DNA from: a virus
Strand: one strand, 5' to 3'
DNA length: 64,000 nucleotides
Virus record (IMG/VR): IMGVR_UViG_3300031257_000001
Location: 1 to 64,000 of that record
Under the pieces are notes generated by a model, which worked only from the letters and a program-made list of their open reading frames with translations, had not been told where the DNA came from and searched no databases. The translations under genes were made by a program, and so were the position numbers. Within the stretch, counting starts at the first letter, position 1. Every line of letters begins with the position of its first letter. This document shows positions 32,667 through 41,866 of this stretch, piece by piece.

Positions 32667-34139
32667 ATGACAGTCGCTCTGAAGATTGACACCACTACTG
32701 GTCAGCTGCGCCAGTTTGCCGAGGCAGATGTCTTGGGGATTGATGCCATTGAGCGTCGCTCTGGAAGCGGCAACTTGCTCGTTGGCGGAAACCTTGGTGT
32801 CGGTGAGGAATTGGTTCTGGGTTCCACCACAGCCCTAACCCGTATCCTGGGTGACCTGGAAGTGGACGGCTCCGAGACGGTCTCCACCTCTGAAACGGTG
32901 GTCGGCCAGTTCACAGCACAGGGCAACGTCCAGTTGGGTGTTGGGGATGATGGCGATCAGATCAACCTCGGATCTGGCACCAATGATGTCGTGACGTTGA
33001 ATGCCGACCTGCGTTTAGGATCGCCTGCAGGTGCGTTGCAAATTGGCACCGGCGTCGGTGAATATCTGGGCAAGTTGTGGTTGGAGAAGATTGGCGACCT
33101 CGGTCCGAATAATGACGCATACAATCTGAATACCAGCGGCGTGGATGCTGGTTCCTATGCCATCGGCGTGGATCCTGCACGTGTGACCAACTCAACAGCG
33201 GCAAATCTGATGGATATGCTTGCTGATCTCGATGGCGCTATCGCCGCTGGGAGTCCGAACCTTCAATCAGCATACACCGCAGGCAACACCATCAATGCGA
33301 CGGCCGCTGATGGCGAGATCCAGTTTGTCAATAGTGCCGATGCGACTGATACGTTGCAAATTCTGCGTGCACCTGTATCGGGGACTGGTGGACGTGGCTT
33401 GTACATTTCGATGGGATCAAGTTGCACCGGTCGCGGACTACAAGTGACCAATGAAGGTTCCGGCGATGCCTTTGCGGTGTTTGATGGTGCTGTTCAAGTA
33501 TTCACAATTGGTGGGAACGGATCCCTGACAGCCAACATGGCGGCGGCAAGCCAGTTGAAAACAACTGTTGGGAATCTGCTGCTTAGTTCAGACGCGGCCG
33601 AACTGCAGCTCAATGACGTGGGCGGTTCGAACATCGAGCTCAGCCAATCTGCCGACAGGACGCTGGATGAGACGGGCGTGGGCGAGGTGTTGGAAGGCGC
33701 CACATCTCTCATCGGCGCAATCAACCGTCTGGCACGGTCAAGCACCGCCGGCGCGGGCAGCATCGATGAAGCCCCGATTCAGGACGGAGTTACCATTGCT
33801 GCCGGAGATGTGGTTTCCCAGTCCACTGTCAGCGGCCGGGTTACCTCAACCACGATGAACAACAACACCAACTCGCGGGTGGTTGGCATCGCGTTGACCG
33901 GCGGGACCGGTGACGCAGGCGGGACCGTGACTAGTCGGTTCGCCCTCCCCGGGACCAAGGTCACCATCTCCGGAGCGGCCTACACGGCCGGTGCGGCGTT
34001 GTTCGCGCCCGAGACTCCCGGCGTACCTGTGGGATCCGGTGCTGCTCCGAGTGATCCTGGCGATGTGCTACAGCGTATCGGATGGGCGCGAAGCCCCACC
34101 GATTTCATCATTGATCTGGGTCTACAAGTCATCCTCTGA
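32667..34139 (+). CDS. Putative head-fibre protein
   Basis: Gly/Thr/Ser-rich beta protein; RBS GGAGA. Confidence 0.65.
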   Translation: MTVALKIDTTTGQLRQFAEADVLGIDAIERRSGSGNLLVGGNLGVGEELVLGSTTALTRILGDLEVDGSETVSTSETVVGQFTAQGNVQLGVGDDGDQINLGSGTNDVVTLNADLRLGSPAGALQIGTGVGEYLGKLWLEKIGDLGPNNDAYNLNTSGVDAGSYAIGVDPARVTNSTAANLMDMLADLDGAIAAGSPNLQSAYTAGNTINATAADGEIQFVNSADATDTLQILRAPVSGTGGRGLYISMGSSCTGRGLQVTNEGSGDAFAVFDGAVQVFTIGGNGSLTANMAAASQLKTTVGNLLLSSDAAELQLNDVGGSNIELSQSADRTLDETGVGEVLEGATSLIGAINRLARSSTAGAGSIDEAPIQDGVTIAAGDVVSQSTVSGRVTSTTMNNNTNSRVVGIALTGGTGDAGGTVTSRFALPGTKVTISGAAYTAGAALFAPETPGVPVGSGAAPSDPGDVLQRIGWARSPTDFIIDLGLQVIL

Positions 34140-34144
34140 GGAAC

Positions 34145-34861
34145 ATGGCAACCAAGAAGCGAACCAAGCGGGCTATCCGCCCGTCCAAGAAGGACGCACC
34201 CGTTGGCGAGGATCATCAGCCTGGTGGGGACGCATCCGCTGCCAACCCTACTTCCAAACAGCCGCAAGCTGTGGCATCGCCAGCAAGGAAGCCAGACCCT
34301 CACGCATCCGAGCGTGAGGCGGCTCGCAAGGCTCGCAAGGAAGCCAAGGAGAATCCCCTGCCAACCAAACCCGAGACTCCGAAGTCAAAGGTGACTGGAA
34401 GGCCGGTGACTCCCAAGGCGGTGTCCGTGGTGACGGACGATCTTCCACCACCGCCGGCGGACCTCGATGCGGCACGCCGGCGCAAATCCGTGGCGGCTGC
34501 GGTGGCCAACCAGGATCCCATAGTATTGGTTCTGGACGAGCGTCTGCGCTACAAGATGGAGGCTATGGATCGGCGTCACAACGAGGCCGTAGACCGCGTC
34601 AAGCAACCCATCCTCCAACTGTTCGCAGATAGGATCAAGACGACAATCCAGAAGGCTGTTGATTCTGACCAGGCGTGCCGTGAATCGCGCCGGGCGCAAA
34701 TCGAATGTGTCAATGAGATCATCGACGCACTGGCCGGTGAGCTCCCCAAGGGGTACGCCATCACTCTCATCGAGGGTGAGAATGGGCAAGCTCGTGCTGA
34801 GTTTGCGCCCGACCAAGTGGGCAAGAAACTGCCGGTGCCCGAGCCACTGGCCAAGGAGTAA
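34145..34861 (+). CDS. Hypothetical protein
   Basis: RBS GAGGA; basic disordered N-terminus, helical C-terminus. Confidence 0.65.
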   Translation: MATKKRTKRAIRPSKKDAPVGEDHQPGGDASAANPTSKQPQAVASPARKPDPHASEREAARKARKEAKENPLPTKPETPKSKVTGRPVTPKAVSVVTDDLPPPPADLDAARRRKSVAAAVANQDPIVLVLDERLRYKMEAMDRRHNEAVDRVKQPILQLFADRIKTTIQKAVDSDQACRESRRAQIECVNEIIDALAGELPKGYAITLIEGENGQARAEFAPDQVGKKLPVPEPLAKE

Positions 34862-34864
34862 GGC

Positions 34865-35899
34865 ATGGCAGTCGCGCTGAGGAATGGCGCGAGCGGCGCA
34901 CTGGAGCAGTTCAAGTCTGGTGAATCATTACAGATTGACCAACTTGAACGGCTAGCTGGTTCCGGACATCTGGTCATTGGTTCCGCACTTGGTGCAACCG
35001 ATGAACTACAGTTGGGGTCGGTCGCTTCGGTGGTGCGTATCCTTGGCGACTTTGATGTTGACGGCGCTATGGCTGGCGACCTCGACATGAACGGGAACGA
35101 CATCCTGAACGCGGGAAATTTGGTGACCATGGTGTTCGGCCGGGTCGGGAGCGTTTCTGCTGCCGCCAGCGACTATGATGCCAGCCAAGTTGACAACGAT
35201 TCCAGCGTGCCCGGGACATACGTGGACAATGCGTTGGATACTCTTTTGTCTGCAGTTAGCGCATGCGCCCCGGAATCTAGGAGCCTGACAGCCGGAGCAG
35301 GCCTAACGGGTGGTGGCAATCTCAGTGCTGATCGGACGTTCGATGTGGTCGCCAACGCGGATGGATCTGTGGTCGTCAACGCGGATGACATCCAGGTTGG
35401 TGTGTTGGCTTCGGACGTTCAACACGGGGCTAGGGGCGGAGGCATCCAACATGCGGTGGTAAGTGGTTCTGCTGCTGGATTTGCACCCACCGTGAGTTCC
35501 ATTGCCGGTGCTTTGGCGTATTCCACTAGCAGCGCCCAGGCATATGCAGCAGTGTTGAGGGCCATATTGTCGCCCGCAGCGTTGGAGATTGGTGCTTCAG
35601 GAGCTGTGGCGACCAGCGGAGCTTTGCGCTTTGCCAAAGACAATTCGCTATTAGCAGCACTCAATGAAGCTGAAGATGGTATCGTCAAGATGATCGAAAA
35701 GGATCCATCAAGCGATGCCGTCAACATTGGGCCTGGCGCATCTGATATCGTCCGGATAGGCGACGTGTACATTGAAGTGCTGGAAGCGTCGGGCCATCCA
35801 GCAGCACCAACAGACGATGCCATCAGGTTGTACACACTGTCATCTGGAACAGAGTTTTGGGCTGTGAAAAAAGGCGGGGATAGAGTTCAATTGGTTTGA
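34865..35899 (+). CDS. Putative fibre protein; N-terminal domain paralogous to 32667-34139
   Basis: GDLDMNGNDILN, VFGRVGSV, LTAGAGLTGGGNLSADRT fibre motifs. Confidence 0.65.
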   Translation: MAVALRNGASGALEQFKSGESLQIDQLERLAGSGHLVIGSALGATDELQLGSVASVVRILGDFDVDGAMAGDLDMNGNDILNAGNLVTMVFGRVGSVSAAASDYDASQVDNDSSVPGTYVDNALDTLLSAVSACAPESRSLTAGAGLTGGGNLSADRTFDVVANADGSVVVNADDIQVGVLASDVQHGARGGGIQHAVVSGSAAGFAPTVSSIAGALAYSTSSAQAYAAVLRAILSPAALEIGASGAVATSGALRFAKDNSLLAALNEAEDGIVKMIEKDPSSDAVNIGPGASDIVRIGDVYIEVLEASGHPAAPTDDAIRLYTLSSGTEFWAVKKGGDRVQLV

Positions 35900-35902
35900 A
35901 TC

Positions 35903-36292
35903 ATGTCTGCACACAAGATACTTGACGGACCATTTTCACTGGTCACAGAAAGCACGGCCTTGGTGACCATAGCAACACTGGACGAGGACAGCTTGGGGCA
36001 TGGTTTGCTCACCGATAACTATGTGGTCGGAATTGATGTTTGGTTGGTGTCAAGGGCGACAAGTGGAGACTATGGTGGGTATGTCAAAGGTGCAATTGAG
36101 ATAGTCCGAAACGGTGGAAACATTGAGGAACTTGGGTACAGCCTTGAGAAAGCCATGGGTGGCGTCCACCCAGTAATCACAGTGGCTGATGGTGACCCCG
36201 ATGTTTTGGTGCAAATCACTCCAGATTCTGCAATAGAAACTACGCATCGGGTGTGGCTGGAACTGCGAGGGCAGGATGATGTGCCGCCGTAG
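35903..36292 (+). CDS. Hypothetical beta-rich protein
   Basis: ORF in the operon. Confidence 0.55.
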   Translation: MSAHKILDGPFSLVTESTALVTIATLDEDSLGHGLLTDNYVVGIDVWLVSRATSGDYGGYVKGAIEIVRNGGNIEELGYSLEKAMGGVHPVITVADGDPDVLVQITPDSAIETTHRVWLELRGQDDVPP

Positions 36293-37049
36293 CAATCCGA
36301 CAATCTGGGCATTGTGTGCTCTCTCGCGACCACACGAACTGCCTCGTGTGATGCACGAGTTTGAGCAGCAGACGTACCCGAACAAGATGATCGCGATCAT
36401 CGAGAACAAAGATGGTATCGGTGCGTGTGAGAGGTTTGGGATTGTTCCAGACCTGCTGCTTCATTCCGAGCCACACCAAGCAATCGCAAAAAATGCTGGG
36501 CTGAACGCGATTCGTGATCTTGCTGATTCGGGTGATTGGTGGGCAACATGGGATGACGATGATTGCAACGGCCCCGGTCGACTTGCTGAGTTGGCGGAGT
36601 CTATTGGCCACACAGATGTGCTTGGCAAATCAAGCTTCTTTATGCGAATGCGGGACGGTCGTTTGCTGAAATTCACACGTCCATACAGGCGATTGTGGGG
36701 CAGCACCTTGTCTGCTAAATTGGGCATTGAAGTGGAATTCAGAAACACAGGAAGGTGGGGAGAGGATGAGGATTGGCTCTGTAGGGTGGAAAGGCTTGGA
36801 TTCAAGATTGGCACGTTATCACCTTGGCACTTCATAGTCAATCGTAGCATGCGAAACCATGCATGGTGTGTCAGCGATGACAATGCCATCAATTGTATCG
36901 CTGGCGGTAGGCCTGACGTTGTTGTCCAAGATTATGGCAATGTGAGTGCAGATTTTGCGCTTTTTGGTTGTGATGAGCCGCCTAGCAAGCCACTGGCTGT
37001 GGCTGAATATGATTGGGAATTGTCACTTGCTGAGGCCAGATCTGCATGA
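36276..37049 (+). CDS. GT-A fold (family 2-like) glycosyltransferase
   Basis: QQTYPNK.IAII, AKNAGL, WATWDDDD, GEDEDW. Confidence 0.7.
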   Translation: MMCRRSNPTIWALCALSRPHELPRVMHEFEQQTYPNKMIAIIENKDGIGACERFGIVPDLLLHSEPHQAIAKNAGLNAIRDLADSGDWWATWDDDDCNGPGRLAELAESIGHTDVLGKSSFFMRMRDGRLLKFTRPYRRLWGSTLSAKLGIEVEFRNTGRWGEDEDWLCRVERLGFKIGTLSPWHFIVNRSMRNHAWCVSDDNAINCIAGGRPDVVVQDYGNVSADFALFGCDEPPSKPLAVAEYDWELSLAEARSA

Positions 37050-38224
37050 TCAAGCTGAAATCTTTGACGGGGTTGAGGAGCGGTACGCACTTTAAGAGTA
37101 CCACATTCTCTTCCTTCGGCACCGTCGCCGCCCACTGGAACCTGGGCGACCCGGACGACGTTGACTATCAGGGGCCGACCGGGGAACTACTGACTAACGG
37201 AGACGTTGAAACTGGCGACACCACAGGGTGGTTGCCCAGCCCTAACGCTACGCTGAGCGTGGAAAACAGCGATCCGTATGAAGGTAACTGGAACCTAAAG
37301 ATTTTGAATGACGGCGGCACGGATCAGTATGCCCGCCAAGCGTGCAACTGTGTGACTGGGGCTACGTACTATCACTCCGGGGTGATGCGCTCGGACGGTA
37401 CTGGGGATCCACGAGTAGTGAATGGCGGCATAACTAGGTTCGACGGCGAGCCGATCGCGTCATGGCAAGACTCTGCGTGTATTTTTAAGGCAGCGGCTGC
37501 TCCAATAATCTATCAATGTCATTGGCAAGACGGAACGTATGTAGAGTGCGACGCAAATTCGTTGAACGAATGCCCGGGCATCGCCAAGTGCAACAACCTC
37601 GTGAATCCCGGCACCTATGACCTGGTGCAAGCGACGGTCGCAAATCAGGGTACGCTGCAGCCGAACTGGGGCGGGGCCGGCGGGCTTGACTGTGGTGGCA
37701 CGGACGGGACAGATGACTACTGGACGGCTGACGCATTGGCGGCCGCGGTGTTCAGCGGCGATGATCGGGCGTGGACAATAGCTATTGCTTTTGAGCACAC
37801 AACTAGCGGCGCAGTCCAAGCTCTCTGGTCGACTGGCAATTCTGGAGATGCAGCGAACAACCTAATGTGGTTGAGCGTTTCCGCTGCCAACGTGCTGGAG
37901 GTGTCGAAAAAAGACAATGTCGGCACGCTCAAAACCGTTACGATTAAAACCGGCTTGTCTGTTGGTAGGCACGTTCTCGTACTGCGTTGCACTGGCACAC
38001 AGATATACGGCGTTTTGGACGGCGTCGTGGAAGTTGCGGCAGGTGATTTTGACGTTGGGACGATATCGCTCGATCGCATGACCCTGAATGCGCGGCGGTG
38101 GACAACGGTTGGCTACCAAGGGGCCCTGTCTTATCGAGATTGTGTGATCTATTCGGAAGACATCGGGGCGGGGCCGGCATTGAGTTGCACGGCGCTTCTC
38201 GAGTCAAGGAGTCCCATCGCATGA
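37046..38224 (+). CDS. Carbohydrate-binding module plus LamG/ConA-like virion protein
   Basis: LLTNGDVETGDTTGW (CBM4/9-like); WTIAIAF...HVLVL...LDGV...IYS. Confidence 0.6.
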   Translation: MIKLKSLTGLRSGTHFKSTTFSSFGTVAAHWNLGDPDDVDYQGPTGELLTNGDVETGDTTGWLPSPNATLSVENSDPYEGNWNLKILNDGGTDQYARQACNCVTGATYYHSGVMRSDGTGDPRVVNGGITRFDGEPIASWQDSACIFKAAAAPIIYQCHWQDGTYVECDANSLNECPGIAKCNNLVNPGTYDLVQATVANQGTLQPNWGGAGGLDCGGTDGTDDYWTADALAAAVFSGDDRAWTIAIAFEHTTSGAVQALWSTGNSGDAANNLMWLSVSAANVLEVSKKDNVGTLKTVTIKTGLSVGRHVLVLRCTGTQIYGVLDGVVEVAAGDFDVGTISLDRMTLNARRWTTVGYQGALSYRDCVIYSEDIGAGPALSCTALLESRSPIA

Positions 38225-38601
38225 GGAAGCTAATTGCTCTCACTCGCAAGGCGCTTGAGCCAGCGCAGGCCGCGCAGGACAAGGCACATGGGCTGCCGCG
38301 GTCCGCGGTGCATCCGCGCACGTTGCTGCCCACCGGATTCTTGGTCGAGCACCAGGAAGCGATCGAGTCGAACGCCGACGGCAAGGTGTTCGGGCTCCGA
38401 ATTTGGGAAGCACAAGACGGCGAGGGCGCTGGCACCGGCCAGCCGCGCATCATGCCGAAGTGTGCGATCGATGCTGCCGAGTGCAGCGAGCTCGCGGCTG
38501 GAATCGTGAAACAGAAGGCCGCGCCGGACTGGAATCCAGAGACGATCAAGCCGGAGGATGTGGCCGCGGTCGAGGCTGTGGAACTGGAGACTGAACGATG
38601 A
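38221..38601 (+). CDS. Hypothetical protein
   Basis: RBS AAGGAG; ATGA coupling. Confidence 0.55.
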   Translation: MRKLIALTRKALEPAQAAQDKAHGLPRSAVHPRTLLPTGFLVEHQEAIESNADGKVFGLRIWEAQDGEGAGTGQPRIMPKCAIDAAECSELAAGIVKQKAAPDWNPETIKPEDVAAVEAVELETER

Positions 38602-38688
38602 CCGCAATCAAACTCCACGCCACCGCCGCATGGCCCTACCTTGCCTGAGAACCTTTGCTTCCAGCCAGGTTGCAGCGAGGATTAGGGT

Positions 38689-38961
38689 GTGTCCGCCGAA
38701 GTCATCAGACGCTTAGTGGAGACCCCGAATGGGGTCAGGACCACGTTCACAACGCAGGATCCGTTCGCAGCCGGAAGTTTCCGGTTGGTCAGGAACGGGG
38801 ACACATACGAGCCAGACGATGACCGTTTTGGCTGGAGCGAGACGGACCAACAGACGGTGGAGCTCATCGAGGCGCCCGAGACGGGTGAAGTGCTCCAAGG
38901 CTTCTACACATTGCTGACGTCGTGCGGCACGCCGTTCGACCCCGGAGGTACAATCCCGTGA
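38689..38961 (+). CDS. Small beta-sandwich virion protein
   Basis: PNGVRTTF...LVRNG...AP.TG..L...Y. Confidence 0.55.
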   Translation: MSAEVIRRLVETPNGVRTTFTTQDPFAAGSFRLVRNGDTYEPDDDRFGWSETDQQTVELIEAPETGEVLQGFYTLLTSCGTPFDPGGTIP

Positions 38962-39359
38962 CCGACACCGTGAAGATGGATGTGATTGTGCGCAAGGACT
39001 TCCCGCTGTTCACCGGCGAGTCCGTGCGCGACGCCAGCAAGAAGCTGGTGGCAGCCGGCCGCGACTTCCTGCTCAAAAAGCTCAACCTCACCGAGAAGTC
39101 TGCTGGGGTGTACATGGTGGAGGCATTCTCCACGGCCGGCGTGTTCGAGGTGTACCGCAGGGACACCGACGCTCCCTGTCAATTCTTCGCGGCCACGTTC
39201 AAGCGCGACGATGACGGCAACTTTGAGTTCGGCACGGCCCAAGAAGTGGAGCGCGTGACCAGCTTCCAGCCCAAGCAGGGAGCCGCCACACCCACGCTGA
39301 AGTCGGGGCTCCCCGGCTGGCCCGAAGTCACAAAGAGCATGTGGTCAGGAGTGATCTGA
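38958..39359 (+). CDS. Head-associated protein with C-terminal KSMWSGVI
   Basis: RBS GGAGG; C-terminal motif shared with the scaffold. Confidence 0.65.
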   Translation: MTDTVKMDVIVRKDFPLFTGESVRDASKKLVAAGRDFLLKKLNLTEKSAGVYMVEAFSTAGVFEVYRRDTDAPCQFFAATFKRDDDGNFEFGTAQEVERVTSFQPKQGAATPTLKSGLPGWPEVTKSMWSGVI

Positions 39360-39360
39360 A

Positions 39361-40467
39361 TTGCCGACCATTGCGAGAGGCGACCGGAACACAACCAGCG
39401 TCATCAACTGGTTTGTGCTGCTTGAGGGGGCCCCCTATGACCCCTTTGAGGTCGGCTTTCGCATCATCGACATCACGGCCGGCCTCCCCGGCACCCAGAT
39501 CTTCCCGGCAACTTCGGGTGACTATGAGATCATCACCATTGCCGGCCAATTCCAGGTCGGCGCGTGGTACGCATTCAGCATCGCGGACGGGGCCGGTTGG
39601 GAATGCCCGCTGGCGGCCAACCTTGGGACGCACCGCACCATCTGGCGGTGGCGAGACTACGCCGGCGGGCCGTACCTGTATGGACGTGAGGACTTCACGG
39701 TGGTGTCCTCCGGGGCGACCGGCGGTGACCCGCTGTACTGCTCGGTGGATGACATCCGATCCTACGGTCTGACCGACCCGCCCTACACGGACGACATGAT
39801 TGAGGTGGCCATCCGCCTGTGGCAGGCGTTCATCGAGCGGGTCTGCCGCCAATGGTTCTATCCCAAGGATCTTGAGTTCTGGGTGGACGGGACCGACTCC
39901 GATGCGCTCCACTTTGGGGTCCCCATCATCTCCATCGATGAGCTGCGCCTCAACGACTGCCCGGCTCCGTTGGAGACCACCGCGTACAAGGTGTACAGCT
40001 CCAGGGATTATCCAGTTGATCGCCAGAATCCTCGCATCAAGCTCGTGGACTCGTGGGCGGAGCAACGCGACATCTACACCGCGCCCGACCGCCTAGGCCG
40101 GCGCTTGTTTCGGAAGGGCCGCCAAAACCAGTACATCAGTGGGACGTTCGGCTACACAGAGGAAGATGGATCTGTCCCGCTGCTGATCAAGCGAGCACTC
40201 TGCAAACTTGTGGTGGAGAAACTCACCCACCCCATCTACCAGGACCCGGCCGCTCCGGGAATCACGCCTCCAGCCCTAGTGAGCGGCATCGTCACCGAGG
40301 AATGGACAGACGGACACAAGTTGAAGTACGCACAGAGCGGAGGCCAGCTCAATCCGCGGGCCCCGGGCCTTGCCGGAATCACAGATGACCAGGAGATTCT
40401 CGGAATCCTTCGGTTGTTCCGTGCTCCCATTGGCATTGCCACCCCTGCTCATCCGTCGTTCCGCTGA
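39361..40467 (+). CDS. Head-tail adaptor/connector with N-terminal Ig-like domain
   Basis: YCSVDDIR...FIERVCRQWF...GTFGY...VPLLIKRA. Confidence 0.7.
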   Translation: MPTIARGDRNTTSVINWFVLLEGAPYDPFEVGFRIIDITAGLPGTQIFPATSGDYEIITIAGQFQVGAWYAFSIADGAGWECPLAANLGTHRTIWRWRDYAGGPYLYGREDFTVVSSGATGGDPLYCSVDDIRSYGLTDPPYTDDMIEVAIRLWQAFIERVCRQWFYPKDLEFWVDGTDSDALHFGVPIISIDELRLNDCPAPLETTAYKVYSSRDYPVDRQNPRIKLVDSWAEQRDIYTAPDRLGRRLFRKGRQNQYISGTFGYTEEDGSVPLLIKRALCKLVVEKLTHPIYQDPAAPGITPPALVSGIVTEEWTDGHKLKYAQSGGQLNPRAPGLAGITDDQEILGILRLFRAPIGIATPAHPSFR

Positions 40468-40471
40468 TGCC

Positions 40472-40807
40472 ATGACGTACATCTATGCGTTGCTTGATCC
40501 CAATACGGACGCAATACGTTATGTGGGCAAAACTTCAAGGGAAGTTGAAAAGCGTTTTGCTGAACACATTTCCGAAGCGCGTGCTGGATTGGAACATTCC
40601 CCAAAATCTAAGCACAAAATGTCCATTGCTGCAAAGGCTAGGTTGGCGCGAGGAGATTCACCGCTATGCAGTAGAAAACACCAACAGATGGCTAGTGCCA
40701 AAAGCACCAAAGGCAAGGGCAGGAAGATAGGGCCGACAGAATTGTTGGCAATGTCAGAACGTGCAAAGCTACAATGGGCAGAAAGGGAACGTATTGCCCG
40801 CGCCTAA
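40472..40807 (+). pseudogene. Truncated GIY-YIG homing endonuclease with NUMOD3-like piece
   Basis: YIYALLDP...RYVGKT...RFAEH, then directly HSPKSKHKMSIAAK; the second half of the catalytic domain is missing. Confidence 0.65.
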
Positions 40808-41222
40808 CCTCATCCATCCCATCCCAGTTCAGATTGAGCCGCTTCAGCGGGCCCAGTCGCTGGTGGATGATGACTTCAGGGAACCGATTCAGCAAGCCGT
40901 CCGCTCACCGAGGGCCACTGTTCCAGGGCAGATCAAGTGGACCAGCGACGAGCAGTTGCGTGTGACGGATGCGGGCACGCAGAAAGGCGCCGATGGCTAT
41001 GTGTTGTTCAGACGCTGCGACCTCCGAGCCGCCGGGCTGAATGAGATTCACCAGTCCGACCGCTTTGTGGCCATCGGCGCCGGAGCGAACACCACCGAGG
41101 TGGATCTGTACGTGGTGCGTGTTCAACAGATGGGCCACTATCCGGACCAGGGCGGAGGCAGCCTGGTGCGCGCCTGGTTCAAGGATCGCCAGCCATCCAA
41201 GCAGACCCGCGGAGGGAAGTGA
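40794..41222 (+). CDS. Putative head-closure protein
   Basis: Position after the adaptor; TTG start approximate. Confidence 0.55.
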   Translation: MPAPNLIHPIPVQIEPLQRAQSLVDDDFREPIQQAVRSPRATVPGQIKWTSDEQLRVTDAGTQKGADGYVLFRRCDLRAAGLNEIHQSDRFVAIGAGANTTEVDLYVVRVQQMGHYPDQGGGSLVRAWFKDRQPSKQTRGGK

Positions 41223-41866
41223 TGGCAACCGAAGGCATCCAGATCAAGTTCCGTGGCATCAAGAAGTGGCGTGGCGCTCTCAAGGCGCCTGCGTTCAGAT
41301 CTGCGCTGACTCAGAATCTCAAGAAGGCGACCATGATCAACGCCAAGCGGGCGAGCGCCAAGCAGCGCTCACTCATCCAGGGCTCGACCGGGCTTCAGCG
41401 GAGCGCGGCCCTGACCGTCGCCCTCAAGGGCGAAGACAAGCCGCTTGTGGGCGACGGATCGCTGTTCCAGGCCATCACCGAGCGCGATGTGTCCAAGGGC
41501 CAAAGCATCGAGGTGTTCTCGGGCGTGCTCAGGACCAGCGATGACTACAACATCGGCAAGGCGGTCCACGACGGGATCACCCTCCGAGTCACGGAGGCGA
41601 TGCGCGGCCTGTTCTTCATGCTGTGGGTGGCCTCGGAACGCGCCCGCGAGGGGAAGCCACTGCCCAAGCTTCACGGCCGTGCCGAGGAGCTGTTTGGCAT
41701 GTACCAACACTGGCTTCCGTTGTCGCCCGGCACCAAGGCCATCAACATCCCGCCCCGGAGGTGGATTGACATGGCGTTCAAGGATCCCGGACTCAAGCGC
41801 GAGTGCGAGCGCAATTGGCAGCAGGCCATCCAGCAGACGATGCGTGAAAGGGTGCGTCGCTCATGA
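41222..41866 (+). CDS. Putative neck/tail-completion protein
   Basis: KPLVGDGSLFQAI...VHDG...IPPRRW. Confidence 0.6.
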   Translation: MATEGIQIKFRGIKKWRGALKAPAFRSALTQNLKKATMINAKRASAKQRSLIQGSTGLQRSAALTVALKGEDKPLVGDGSLFQAITERDVSKGQSIEVFSGVLRTSDDYNIGKAVHDGITLRVTEAMRGLFFMLWVASERAREGKPLPKLHGRAEELFGMYQHWLPLSPGTKAINIPPRRWIDMAFKDPGLKRECERNWQQAIQQTMRERVRRS

